A DNA stretch of 64,000 bases from Eledone cirrhosa (lineage: Eukaryota), in NCBI GenBank assembly GCA_964016885.1, contig OZ024753.1, positions 22,692,001-22,756,000 on the forward strand. Reading direction: 5' to 3'. Below are positions 1 to 12,232 of this stretch, one piece after another; the first letter of the stretch is position 1; every line of letters starts with the position of its first letter. Both the position numbers and the translations under genes were made by a program. Under the pieces are notes generated by a model that was not told the DNA's origin, ran no database searches, and saw nothing but the letters and a program-made list of their open reading frames with translations.

Positions 1-1361
1 ACTGGGTGGAAAAACATAGAGAAGTAATTCCCATCAGATTCACAGGACCATTTATATTAGACGCAGTTAAACTTATTCTGGAAAACAACACTTTCTTCTT
101 CAATGGAAAGAATTACATCCAAATTAGAGGCACAGCGATGGGAACGAAGTTTTCTCCCGTTTACGCGAACTCTGTAATGGGATACTTAGAACAACAACTC
201 TACCAAGAAATAGAGGAAAATATAGTACTGACTTTAGAAAGCACATTGAAAAATCTTGGAAGAGATACCTTGACGACTGTTTCATCATCTGGCCAGAATC
301 TCTAGATACTCTGGATGAGTTCAATATCCTCCTGAATAACCTACACCCATCTCTTCAATTCACAAAAGAGATGAGTAGGACCAAATTACGATTCCTAGAT
401 ATAATGATAATCAAAAACGACACCATCATCACCACGGTTATATATTATAAACACACAGACACCCATCAATATCTGAATTTTAAGTCGTGCCATCCACCTC
501 ATACAAAACGCAACATCCCATAATACCTAGCCAGAAGAATTTGTACCATTGTAGAAGATACGAATACCAGGTACAAACGCCTAACAGAACTAAGAGAATT
601 TTTGCTCAAACAAAAATACCCATCTCTACTTATAGAAAATGGCATACAGCGGGCTATAAAATACCTATACAACAACTTAGGACAACCCAAGGAAGAAGAA
701 ACCAAGAACTGGTCATACCATTTATAATGACACACAACCCATGTCACCAGAATATCTTCAACACTGCCAAAGCAAACCTACCGATCATTGCTCAAAGTAA
801 TGAATTAAAAGGCTTAATCACAGATCGATCTTTGACTCTTAGTAAAAGACAGCCAAAAATTTGAAGCAATTACTAACAAAAGCAAAGTTTGACCTTAACA
901 ACAAAGACGAATCATTCACAGTATCTAAATGCAATGATAGTCGATGCGGCACATGTCAATCCATACACGCCGGTCAATATATGAAAACAAAAACTGTAAA
1001 AATATTCCCAAATGCAAATATGAACTGCAAAAGCAGAAATCTAATTTACTGCATTAAATGAAGAACTATATGTCGGTCAAACTGGAAATGCACTATCGGA
1101 ACGTGCACGGGTACACCGTCAGCAAATCAGAGACCCAAATGTCCGTCAGATACCCCTAAGTAACCATCTAGCAACATGTGGTCAGGGAATATTTATAATA
1201 TTCCCATTCTACAAATTACACAGCCCAAGTGAAATCAAGAGAGAAATCAAAGAAAATAATTTTATTGATAAATTCAAACCCAAGCTAAATGAACAATAAT
1301 AACGCTTAGGGGTATTACTTCTACTATGACTATGACTACGACCATGGCGACTACGACCACT

Positions 1362-1429
<68 letters not shown>
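1362..1429. repeat. (AAC)n(AAT)n compound microsatellite
   Basis: direct reading. Confidence 0.95.
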
Positions 1430-1431
<2 letters not shown>

Positions 1432-1539
1432 GTGATGTTGATTGTGATGATTACTAGAAAATGCTATTTTCATCATTTCTAAAAATAGCAAAACAATTGA
1501 TGCTTTGGATAGGAACAATTATTGGTCGTTAGACATGCT

Positions 1540-1660
1540 CAACCAATCGTGACGCTTAAACCAATCAGCTTTAGTAATTCAGTGAAACTACACACCGATT
1601 GGTCGAAATACAGTTTGCAAGATTTAGCATTCTAGAGCCACTTTTCACTGTATATAAGGT
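1540..1660 (+). promoter_or_regulatory. Putative pLTR promoter: three CCAAT boxes and a TATA box upstream of the HHR
   Basis: aaccaatc (~1541), accaatc (~1560), gattgg (~1597), tatataag (~1651), about 70 bp upstream of the HHR. Confidence 0.45.
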
Positions 1661-1720
1661 ACAACATTTACCCATCTCATTACAGTTGAAAATTGCAAAC
1701 TTGACTGTCACCACAGAATA

Positions 1721-1759
1721 TGAACCTGAAGATTGCGAAAGCATGAAAGTACTTGTTCA
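1721..1759 (+). ncRNA. Minimal type I hammerhead ribozyme (PLE pLTR)
   Basis: tgaac-CTGAAGA-t-tgc gaaa gca-t-GAAA-gtac-tt-gttca: stem I tgaac/gttca, GNRA-capped stem II, palindromic stem III. Confidence 0.8.
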
Positions 1760-1917
1760 ATTAACACTTAACATTTAATATTCTACCATACTATTTCATT
1801 ATACCATTATAATTTTAAAGGATTGTAAATAAAACAAGTAAATCAGACAAAGTTGGAATACCTCTTATTAATATAATTTTCTATACACAATCATACACAC
1901 CCGTGTATATTTATCTA

Positions 1918-4900
1918 TTTCGGTTGAGGGTAGGCGGTCCGCATGTTACCACTGCGCAAGCAGAGGTCACCTAAGGGCTGCCTGTCCACAATTGACGAAA
2001 AAAAAAACACTTTTACCAACACCACAAATAACAACACAACCACCACCACCACGACAACAAGGAAAAACAACAGAGAACAATATTCCACCCAACTCCTCCC
2101 CACCCAAAACAAATACAAAAACACACACAGACACTACAGAACCCCAAAACATACCCCTACCCATCAACACGGATGAGGAACCTCTATCGACGGCACCCAG
2201 CGGCGATGAGGAGGAACGCTTCCAACCCGTGAAAAGAATAAAAAGAAAGAACCGCATGAACAAAAACAAAACAAACACACAAACACCAGTACAAACAGCA
2301 CAAAAATCACAAACAAAAGTTCCCCCTCCCGAAAACAAAACACCACAACAAAGAGAAAACACGTGCAGGAACCACAGACAAAAACAAACACAACACAGGA
2401 AAAGTACACATACATAAACGTTGAAAATAGAACACTGATGGAGACCATCAGAAACAACCCTTTGGTCAAAACTGAAGGGAAAACTTTGGATAGCTCCAAC
2501 AAAAACAAAAAAATGAACCTAAAACTGATCAGGGTCCCTATAGGAACATATAGATCCCTAAAAGAAACATTTGTAGAGGACGTGGGGAATTCCTGCGTGA
2601 AACCAATCAACCGCGTCCTCTACAAAGGCCTCCCCGCCACAGGCACCCCCACCCAAGTCATCCCCACCCCACCAGACACCCCTTCCCCACCAAACACCTC
2701 CGTCCCCACCCCGCCAGAAACCACCACCCCACCCAACAACCCATCTCCCACCCTCATGGAATTTGTGCCGCCCGATTCCCGGGACGCAGAGAGGTAAGTG
2801 CCTTTTCTCTTCACCACCAACATGGTTATGCTAAGAGTAGGCTGTTTAAATGCGCGTGGCCTGGGCTCAACTTGGAAGCAAGCAATGCTTCTAAATGACC
2901 TCAGGTCACAACGTATAGATGTGATGGTTATTTGCGAGGCCCGGATCAGCAACGTGAGACAGCTGGCCCCCAGCTTTGATGACTTTGAGATGCACGCATC
3001 TCTCTGTCAGCCCGGAGGTGGGGTGGGGTTGTCGTTCTGCTGCAAAAACATCTGGGTCTCGCAACACAGATGGTACATTTGGACCCGGAGGGTCGACTAG
3101 TGGTTCTGGACCTTGGCAGTGGTGAAGGCGGAGCGTTTAGGTTGGTAGCCGCCTACGGCCCTTTCGGGTCAATGCGGCCGGACTTCTTCCATCGTCTGGA
3201 GACTTTTCTAGGGACGATCCACTCCTTGCTATTAGTGGGGGACTGGAATGGTATCCCAGATGCACGCTGGGACTACGTAGGGGCCTGCCCCGATAGAGAG
3301 GGGTGCAATAGCCTCAAAGAGTTAATCGGTCGATTTGACCTGGCCGATAGATATCGACTAGATTTTCCGACTGCGCCAACCTGGACTTGGGCAATTCGTA
3401 GCGGATCATCTAGGTCGTACCTAGATAGGTTCTTAGTTAGAATTAAGGATAAGGACCTTTTAAAAATGCGCATGGTTGGCTATTCAGACCACAAGTTAGT
3501 GACCTGCATGTCAACCTTGACAGAACTCATAGACAGGGACCCGGTTACTGGAAGCTCAACTTGTCCTTACCGGCAAGTAAGGCTTACAGGGACCGGATTA
3601 GCACGTTAGTTAAGGAGCGGTTGACGGGCGCCATCGTCAACAGCAGGTGGTGGGGATCTCTCAAAAGAGAGATTAGAGTAGTCTCTATAGAATTTAGTAA
3701 GGAGTTAGCCTCTAATAGAAACAGGAAGGAAAGGGAGTTGGTAGATAGTGTAGAAGAGGCAATTAGAAGCGGCGACGTGGCCAGAGTGCTAGCGTCGAGA
3801 ACGGCCCTGGGCCAGTTCTTCGACGCGAAACACGAAGGCTGCATCTTCCGAAGCAAAATACGTGCTCTGGGAAACGAGGGGACCAAAGCTGTTAGCTGGG
3901 CCCGCGTGACAGAAGCCAAAAGAGGGAGCAGATCCACTATCTGGTCTTTGCGAGACCAGGATGGACGGGTGATCCTTGAACCTAAGCAGATGTGCGAGGC
4001 TTTTCAAAAGCACTTTGCCGGATTGTTCGGAAGGGGCGGGGGGCCGGTTGGGGATGTGGACTTCGGTCCATACCTCGACGGCCTGCCGTGAGTCTCGGAC
4101 AGGGAGGCGAAGTCCTGCGAGGAGCCGATTTCAGCCGCTGAGATAGAGGACGTGCTGAGCCAATGCGGCAAACGCAAATCCCCGGGTCTCGATGGTCTTC
4201 CATACGAACTATATCTAGCTATGCCGGACTTGTTCCCCGATCTCCTCGAGGCGGTCTACTGCAACTGGCAACAGAACGGGAGAATTCTCTGTGCTGTGAC
4301 CAAGGGCGTAGTCACGCTAGTGAGGAAGGACGAGAACAAGGGGGACGATATAAATAATTTCAGGCCCATAACTCTGCTAAATACAGAGTTACAGATTTTG
4401 GCCAAGGTGCTAGCAAAGAGGTTGGCGCTTGTCGTGGGCAACCTGGTGGGAGATGCGCAGACATGTGCTATCCCGTCCAGGTCCATCCACGACAACCTCC
4501 ACCTCATGCGATACATCATAGAGAGGGTTGGGAACGAACCCGGCTTTGGTGGGGCCCTGATCAACTTGGATCAATCTAAGGCATTCGATAGGGTCGACCA
4601 TGGTTAGCTGGATGCGGTGCTAGCGGCGGCAGGCTTCGAACCCGTTTTCAGGGGCTGGATCAATGCCATGCACAGCAGCCGCATCTGCTCTAGGGTCAAG
4701 GTGAACGGCTACCTCTCGGAGCCGTTCGAAATCGCGCGGTCCATCCGACAGGGGTGCCCTCTCTCCTCCCTTCTGTATGTAATGACTCTAGAGCCACTGC
4801 TGCGGAAGTTGGAGTTGTTGCAGGGCATCCCGTTGGAACCGGGATTGCGGAAAGCGGTGTCAGCCTACGCCAATGATGTAACAGTAATGGTGTCGACGGC

Positions 4901-6516
4901 CTCGGAAATCGGGTCGATCGGCACCTTACTGGAGGAGTACGAAAGGTTTACAGGGGCTAAGCTGAACATGGACAAGTCGATCGGTCTGCAACTCGGCACG
5001 TGGAGGGGCAGATCGATGCCCTCCGATGGCGTCGTCGGTTGCTGGACGGAGGGCCTGGTGAAGTTGCTCAGGGTCTGGTTCGGACCAGACATCCAGGTGG
5101 AGAAGAACTGGGTTGAGGTAACGAACAGGGTGTTTACACTGACCCAGAAGTGGGCCGAGTGCAAACTGTCCCTGAAAGGTCGGGCGGAGGTGGCGAACAC
5201 TTATATAGCGTCCGTCATCTACTACCGCCTGACCGTTGTGCCTTGCCCAAGGGAAACGCTCGCCAAAATGGAGCGCGCACTCTTCCAATTCCTTTGGAAG
5301 AAGCGGGCTCCTATGGCGAGGAGATCCATCTGCTGTCAACACCCTTCGAAAGGAGGGCTGGGGATGCCGTGGCTAATGATACGTAAACACGCATTAAGGC
5401 TACGGCACCTTCAGGTATTCCTCTCCGGTCAACCGGTGTGGGCCCCGTTTGTGAGGCGAGCCTTTCCCAGACTCGTCTCACTCACCGAGCTGCAATCCTG
5501 GGTCAAGCAAAGACCGAGAAAACTGGGCGCCTGGCACACCGGGTGTTCCCAGGCGCTCACGGCTCTCTGGCAGGCGGACCCGGCTGTCAGTGGAGAATCC
5601 ACCTCGTCATTCTATAGAGGGCTGGTGGTTAGCAGGTGCGACGACGCCCTCGGAGAAGCCCTAGGCATGGAGGAAGACGAACTGGCCAACCTGTTCGGTA
5701 GGACATTCAGCCCGGGACCCATTGATAACTTCCAGAGATCCCTGGCCTGGCAATGCTACAGAAGGGCTCTGCCCGTTCCCGTTCGAGAAAGGCTCTACAG
5801 ACACGGGCGCCCGGGCAGGGACCCCTCGAAAAAGATCTGTCCCAGATGCGTGTGTGACGAGGAAACCGTTGCACACGCATCGGTACACTGCTCGGGCATT
5901 GCCGATTTGTGGGGCTATGTGGAACAACTGCTGTCAAGGGTGGGACCGATCCGGTTGACCACCGAGTCTATTGTAACGATCAAGCCGCCTCCCCTCTTCA
6001 ATAACGAAGAAGAGGCGGTGTTTCTGTGCGTAATAGCCATGGCGAAAGAGGTTGTATGGTGGACGCGTCTGAAAGGACTGAGGTCAGACACCTTTCCCTC
6101 TGGCCAACAACTGGTCCGTTTCTTCCGATATCATTTCGGAAGAAGGATCAGGATGGAGAGAGAGGTGCTACATCCCAGCCGTTTTTATGAAAGATGGGTG
6201 AAAGTGGCGAGAATGGCCCGTGTGAATGGGCCTTCACTCTAAATCAGACTATAGGTGAGGAAGATGAAAGACCAAGGGAGCACCCCTTCTCTGTGCTCCT
6301 GAGGAAAAGGTTTGCACACTTTTTTTCGGGGGTGTGTGCGACCCCCCAAAGCGCCTCTTCTCCATTGAGGATCTTGTTATAAATTTTATTCTGTTATATT
6401 TTATTTTATTTTTATATTTTGTTATTGCCTCCTCCTTATTGAGGACGCCTTGTTTTGTAAACTCCCCCCATTGTACTTGTCCCACTTTTGATGCCCTGGT
6501 GGCAAATAAAAGAAAC
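1918..6516 (+). mobile_element. Tx1-like (L1 clade) LINE, near full length, inactivated
   Basis: Basic low-complexity ORF1 pieces (1992-2797), APE domain (LRVGCLNARGL, VGDWN, YLDRF, SDHK), RT (SPGLDG, FRPITLLN, DQSKAFDRV, RQGCPLS), C-terminal CPRC..ET..H...C, 3' UTR ending aataaaagaaac. Confidence 0.92.
2822..6242 (+). pseudogene. Tx1-like ORF2 (APE endonuclease + reverse transcriptase), disrupted
   Basis: Split into ORFs 2798-3100, 3070-3609, 3561-4091, 4152-4607, 4617-6242 by frameshifts and stops; catalytic YADD reads YAND. Confidence 0.9.
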
Positions 6517-6526
6517 ATAACTATAT

Positions 6527-7984
6527 GGAAGGTTTACAGGGGCTAAGCTGAACCGGGACAAGTCGATCGGTCTGCAACTCGGCACATGGAGGGGCAGATC
6601 GATGCCCTCCGATGGCGTCGTCGGGCGCTAGACGGAGGGCCCGGTGAAGTTGCTCGGGGTCTGGTTCGGACCAGACCTCCAGGTGGAGAAGAACTGGGGT
6701 GAGGTAACGAACAGGGTGTTTGCACTGACCCAGAAGTGGGCCGAGTGCAAACTGTCCCTGAAAGGACGGGCGGAGGTGGCGAACACTTATATAGAGTCCG
6801 TCATCTACTACCGCCTGACCGTTGTGCCTTGCACAAGGGAAACGCTCGCCAAAATGGAGCGCGCACTCTTCCACTTCCTTTGGAAGAAGCGGGCTCCTAT
6901 GGTGAGGAGATCCATCTGCTGTCAACACCCTTCGAAAGGAGGGCTGGCGATGCTGTGGCTAATGATACGTAAACACGCATTAAGGCTACGGCACCTCCAG
7001 GTATTCCTCTCCAGTCAACCGGTGTAGGCCCCGTTTGTGAGGCGAGCCTTTCCCAGACTCGTCTCACTCACCGAGCTGCAATCCTGGGTCAAGCAAAGAC
7101 CGAGAAAACTGGGCGCCTGGCACACCGAGTGTTCCCAGGCGCTCACGGCTCTCTGACAGGCGGACCCGACTGTCAGTGGAGAATTCACCTCGTCATTCTA
7201 TAGAAGGCTGGTGGTTAGCAGGTGCGACGACGCCCTCGTAGAAGCCCTAGGCATGGAGGAAGACGAACTGGCCAACCTGTTCGGTAGGACATTCAGCCCG
7301 GGACCCATGGATAACTTCCAGAGGACCCTGGCCTGGCAGTGCTACAGAAGGACTCTGCCCGTTCGAGAAACGCTCTACAGACACGGGCGCCCGGGTAGGG
7401 ACCCCTCGAAAAAGATCTGCCCCAGATTCGTGTGCGACGAGGAAACCGTTGCACACGCATTGGTACAATGCTAGGGCATTGCTGATCTGTGGGGCTATGT
7501 CGAACAACTGCTGTCAAGTGTGGGACCGATCCGGTTGACTACCGAGTCTATTGTAACGATCAAGCCGCCTCCCCTCTTCAAAAACGAAGGAGAGGCGGTG
7601 TTTCTGTGCGTAATAGCCATGGCGAAAGAGGTTGTATGGTGGAGGCGTCTGAAAGGACTGAGGTCAGACACCTTTCTCTCTGGCCAACAACTGGTCCGTT
7701 TCTTCCGATATCATTTCGGAAGAAGGATCAGGATGGAGAGAGAGGTGCTGCACCCCAGCCGTTTTTATGAAAGATGGGTGAAAGTGGCGAGAATGGCCCG
7801 TGTGAATGGGCCTTCACTCTACAACAGACTATAGATGAGGATTTTGTTATATATTTTATTCTGTTATATTTTTTTTTTTTTTTTTTTGTTATTGCCTCCT
7901 CCTTATTAAGGACGCTTTGTTTTGTAAACTCCCCCCCTTGTACTTGTCCCACTTTTGATGCCCTGTTGGCAAATAAAAGAAACA
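6527..7984 (+). mobile_element. Tx1-like LINE, 5'-truncated second copy directly behind copy 1
   Basis: Near-identical to ~4941-6516, several new stops, internal deletion in the 3' UTR, same aataaaagaaac end followed by (TA)n. Confidence 0.93.
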
Positions 7985-8021
7985 TATCTATATATATATG
8001 AATATGTATATATGTATATGC

Positions 8022-8082
<61 letters not shown>

Positions 8083-8095
8083 TATATGTTTATGT

Positions 8096-8130
<35 letters not shown>

Positions 8131-8135
8131 TATAT

Positions 8136-8201
<66 letters not shown>

Positions 8202-8207
8202 ATATAT

Positions 8208-8263
<56 letters not shown>
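7985..8263. repeat. (TA)n-rich microsatellite
   Basis: direct reading; source of spurious YIYI ORFs. Confidence 0.95.
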
Positions 8264-8267
<4 letters not shown>

Positions 8268-8373
8268 ATAATAATAAAATTGAAGACTAAAATCCAAAGA
8301 GGGCTCGATAAGGAAATTATATATCAAATATATAAGAACCGTAGAGCAAAAATTTATTAAAATAACAGATTAA

Positions 8374-8424
8374 AGTTTAAGCAACGAATCGCTGCTTTCA
8401 CCCTTAACGGGATCTTCCGAAACT
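8374..8424 (-). ncRNA. Type I HHR variant (core CGGAAGA, U4->G)
   Basis: minus strand agttt-CGGAAGA-t-ccc gttaa ggg-t-GAAA-gcagc gattc gttgc-tt-aaact. Confidence 0.65.
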
Positions 8425-8980
8425 AACAAAGTCAATCTGTAAACGCAGAACTGGATATTTCAAAAACCGTTGCAACCGGAGGAAGACAGGAAGACGATAC
8501 TTTGGTTCGTGGCAACGTTCGCTGGCAAAGAACGGGAAAAAACGAATAATACGTCATTAATAGGAGCGGTGAAAAACAATTACGCGCAAAGACAAAACCA
8601 CGTATATGGTATAAAAGAGGTCGTAGACTAATGTTCTCTTAGGTGGTGCATAGAGACGTTCTCTGGCAATGAACGAAAAAACGAAGATAATAAGTCATAT
8701 GTGGAACGTGGAGAACAAAAGCACGCAAAGACAAAACCACGTAAATGGTATAGCAGAAGTCGTAGACTAAGATTCTAACTAGGAGACCAAATGAATCTCC
8801 GCTACAGAGTTAAGAACAAAGTAAATAAATACAATACAGAAGAAATAGAAGCAAATAAATACATACACGCAAACAGATACGTACATACACAAGCATACGC
8901 AAAACCTTAACATAGGTATACAAAACCACGCACATATAAATATGTGTGTATTGGTTCAACGGCATATGTAACAAGGAACA

Positions 8981-10369
8981 TTGCCGTTTTATCCAATTCG
9001 ACATCAACAATTACTACTCCTCCATCACTTTACCACTTCTCCTATCAATTTCGCTAAAACACTCACAGCGGGTAAGGATTTTGAAGTTGATGTCATCCTT
9101 AATGCCCGAAAGTCGGTGATTAATTTCGACGACTCTATTTGGATTAAAACATCCAATAGTACCCCATTCGACGTGAGTATGGGCGCCAGTGACTCTGCGG
9201 AGGTTACTGATCTTATTGGCCTTTTCCTTCTTTTCTCTATCAAGGACGAATTCCCCAACGCGGGCGGTGGTTTGTACCGTGACGATGGTCTTTTGACCAT
9301 GACTAAGTGCGGACCTCGTGCTTGCGACAGGTTCAGAAAAGAACTCACAGCCTTCTTTAAAGGCTTCAACCTCTCTATACAGGTTGAGGCCAATCTCTCG
9401 GTCGTTAATTACCTCGACGTTACCCTCAATTTATTGAATGGGTTGTATTACCCGTATAGAAAGCCGAATGATACGCTTAATTACATAAGTAAGAATTCCA
9501 ACCATCCTGCCAGCATAACCAAGAACCTGGTAAGAAACGTTTCGTTGAGGCTTTCCCGTCTTTCCACCAACGAGCGCATTTTCAACGACCATTCCACTTA
9601 TTACAATGAAGCTCTTGATCGAAGTGGATTTGTCGATAAGGTAGCATATACAGAGTATGAAAATAGACCTAGAAGACATAGATCCCGTCGCATTTGTTGG
9701 TTTAACCCACCATATAATATGGAGGTGGCCACACCATTAGCTAAGATCTTTCTTTCCCTTATTACGAAGCATTTTCCCCCTACACATAAATATAGTAAAA
9801 TTTTAAATAGAAATACTTTTAAAATTTCTTACTCTACGACTCCTAACATTGCACATAACATCACAGCTTCAAATTTAGCTAAACTACCTAGCCGTAGGAA
9901 CACGGGCAACCCTGTAGTTAGTACAAACTGTAATTGTAGGAATCGGGCTGATTGCCCCCTATCCGGGAAATGCCTCTCTAGTAACATTGTCTACAAATGT
10001 AAGGTTGTAACACCCACGTCCCGTAGGGCCTACATAGGGTTAACCGCCAATAGTTTCAAGCAGCGTCTTTACATGCATACCCATTCTTTTCGTTACCCTC
10101 TAAGAAGGAATATGACGTCACTTTCAGCTTATATCTGGAGTCTAAAAGACAACCACACCCAATATAAGTTACACTGGGAGATCCTAGCTAGGGCTAGATC
10201 GTATAACGGAAATAAAAGACCATGTGACCTCTGCGCCGCTGAGGCCCTGGAAATACTCTACGCCACAGACAACATCTTAAACAAAAAATCTGAGGCAACT
10301 TCGGCTTGTAAACATAAATTGCACAAAACTTTCCTGTATTACAGCCCCACGTTATACCCTAACGGATAG
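8981..10369 (+). CDS. PLE RT C-terminal half + GIY-YIG endonuclease, uninterrupted 462-codon frame lacking its N-terminus
   Basis: FDVSMGASDSAEVTDLIG, GLYRDDGL, YLDVTLNL, SNHP, WFNPPY, CNCRNRADCPLSGKC, NIVYKC..YIGLT..FKQR, CDLC..E, LNKKSE..CKH. Confidence 0.88.
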   Translation: MPFYPIRHQQLLLLHHFTTSPINFAKTLTAGKDFEVDVILNARKSVINFDDSIWIKTSNSTPFDVSMGASDSAEVTDLIGLFLLFSIKDEFPNAGGGLYRDDGLLTMTKCGPRACDRFRKELTAFFKGFNLSIQVEANLSVVNYLDVTLNLLNGLYYPYRKPNDTLNYISKNSNHPASITKNLVRNVSLRLSRLSTNERIFNDHSTYYNEALDRSGFVDKVAYTEYENRPRRHRSRRICWFNPPYNMEVATPLAKIFLSLITKHFPPTHKYSKILNRNTFKISYSTTPNIAHNITASNLAKLPSRRNTGNPVVSTNCNCRNRADCPLSGKCLSSNIVYKCKVVTPTSRRAYIGLTANSFKQRLYMHTHSFRYPLRRNMTSLSAYIWSLKDNHTQYKLHWEILARARSYNGNKRPCDLCAAEALEILYATDNILNKKSEATSACKHKLHKTFLYYSPTLYPNG

Positions 10370-11297
10370 CACGATCTATACGTGGATATTTTACGTCTTG
10401 ATGTGGGAGCTAAGTATATGTTGTGTTTATTCCTTTACTTATTTGCATAGGTAAGTATATATTACCCATATGTTTTGTGAAGGTATGTATACCTTCTCGT
10501 ACGTATATTTGACTGTTATGGCGTATCATTTTTACATATTCTGGTATTTAGGGTTTGGCTATGTGTATACGGGAGTTTTGCGTCCGAATGAGTATGCAGG
10601 TTCGTACGTATGTTGGGTGTGTGTATATGTGTACTTCTTGTTTTAGTTGACTTACGTCTCCGAACATTCGTGTATTTATATGTAGGTATGTGTGTGCGCT
10701 TGTTATATACGTATTTATTTACTTATATACGTTTATATAATTATTTATTTATTTGTACACAAGCATACACACACACACATATTTATATGTGCGTGGTTTT
10801 GTATACCTATGGTAAGGTTTTGCGTATGCTTGTATATGTACGTATCTGTTTGCGTGTATGTATTTATTTGCTTCTATTTCTTCTGTATTGTATTTATTTA
10901 CTTTGTTCTTAACTCTGTAGCGGAGATTCATTTGGTCTCCTAGTTAGAATCTTAGTCTACGACTTCTGCTATACCATTTACGTGGTTTTGTCTTTGCGTG
11001 ATTTTGTTCTCTACGCTCCACATATGACTTATTATCTTCGTTTTTTCGTTCATTGCCAGAGAACGTCTCTATGCACCACCTAAGAGAACATTAGTCTACG
11101 ACCTCTTTTATACCATATACGTGGTTTTGTCTTTGCGCGTAATTGTTTTTCACCGCTCCTATTAATGACGTATTATTCGTTTTTTCCCGTTCTTTGCCAG
11201 CGAACGTTGCCACGAACCAAAGTATCGTCTTCCTGTCTTCCTCCGGTTGCAACGGTTTTTGAAATATCCAGTTCTGCGTTTACAGATTGACTTTGTT

Positions 11298-11348
11298 AGT
11301 TTCAGAAGATCCCGTTAAAGGTGAAAGCAGCGATTCTTTGCTTAAACT
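11298..11348 (+). ncRNA. Type I HHR variant (core CAGAAGA, U4->A), partner of 8374-8424
   Basis: agttt-CAGAAGA-tcccgttaaaggt-GAAA-gcagcgattctttgc-tt-aaact, with mismatches in stems II and III. Confidence 0.55.
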
Positions 11349-11507
11349 TTAATCTGTTATTTTAATAAATATATATATATATATATATATGCATATATGT
11401 TTATATATATATATATATGCATATATGTTTATATATATATATATAGATATATATATATGCATATATGTTTATATATATATATATATATATATGCATATAT
11501 GTTTATA

Positions 11508-12200
11508 TATCAAAGGTATATATTGAGTTAGAAACTCAAAATAGTCTCTTACAATAAAATACCTCTACGAAAGAGATTTTTCCGAGCCGTATATTATAAT
11601 TGAATATAAAAAAAAACGAACACAGATATATACTTATATGTGTTCAAATCGCAACGGGCCAGATTCGCTAAGCCTATAATAACTATAGACAATAGGGTTT
11701 GCCTGTCTCAATTTAAGAATAAATCAAGAAAATAAATACAAACCGGAATTGTGGAAACTACCAATCACCCAGACAGCTTGGTGCTGTTTCGCAATATTAA
11801 TTGTGAATAGAAATACCAATTCTTGCTCCTCAGTGGGTGAAGAATTAGTATCCTAGACACTTCTAAGTATATAAAGAAACTGAATAGTGTGCTATATATA
11901 ATAACGCACATGGTATCTTAGCGTGTCTCACAAACTTACACAACTAAAAATAGCAGCCAGGTTTATTCTATTCACAATTAATATTGAGAAACAGCACCAA
12001 GAGCTGCCTGGGTGATTGGTAGTTACCACAAGTCCGGTTTGTATTTATTTTCTTGATTTATTCTTAAATTGAGACAGGCAAACCCTATTGTCTATAGTTA
12101 GTATTCTTTTCACCTTAGCCAATCTGGTCCCTTGCGATTTGAACACATATATGTACATATCTGTGTTAGTTTTTCTTTTATATTCAATTATATATTTATG

Positions 12201-12205
<5 letters not shown>
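11508..12205. mobile_element. Non-coding PLE pLTR fold-back (minus arm ~11508-11900, inverted partial arm ~11963-12205) in (TA)n
   Basis: ~11590-11815 is the diverged reverse complement of ~11963-12195; contains an HHR. Confidence 0.75.
11765..11840 (-). ncRNA. Canonical type I hammerhead ribozyme
   Basis: minus strand tcaccca-CTGAGGA-gcaa...ttgc-GAAA-cagc accaa gctg-TC-tgggtga: 7-bp stem I, intact core, GUC cleavage triplet. Confidence 0.9.

Positions 12206-12230
<25 letters not shown>

Positions 12231-12232
<2 letters not shown>

Larger units (their letters stand above)
1..1910 (+). mobile_element. Penelope-like element (Neptune-type), degraded, cut by the window start; RT/GIY-YIG remnants plus 3' pseudo-LTR
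   Basis: ORF fragments 6-305 (LILENNTFFFNGKNYIQIRGTAMGTKFSPVYAN, PLE RT), WKRYLDD in a shifted frame, 861-1061 (CNDSRCGTC Zn knuckle, NCKSRNLIYCI), then YVGQTG..LSER..VH (GIY-YIG); coding ends about 1300, followed by an HHR-bearing non-coding tail. Confidence 0.9.
8265..11370 (+). mobile_element. Naiad-like PLE, 5'-truncated, with ~600-bp inverted pseudo-LTRs (8352-8949 / 10773-11370), flanked by (TA)n
   Basis: 8352-8949 is the reverse complement of 10773-11370; central RT-GIY-YIG ORF; HHR-like motif in each arm. Confidence 0.9.

Noticed and set aside
1050-1085. TGA after NLIYCIK as a recoded Cys
   Set aside because: The frame shifts and the CxxC is missing, so a small deletion explains it better
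7728-8360. YIYI / CVCV / HTHT ORFs here and at 17.6, 38.5, 42.3 and 47.6 kb
   Set aside because: Translations of (TA)n and (CA)n microsatellites
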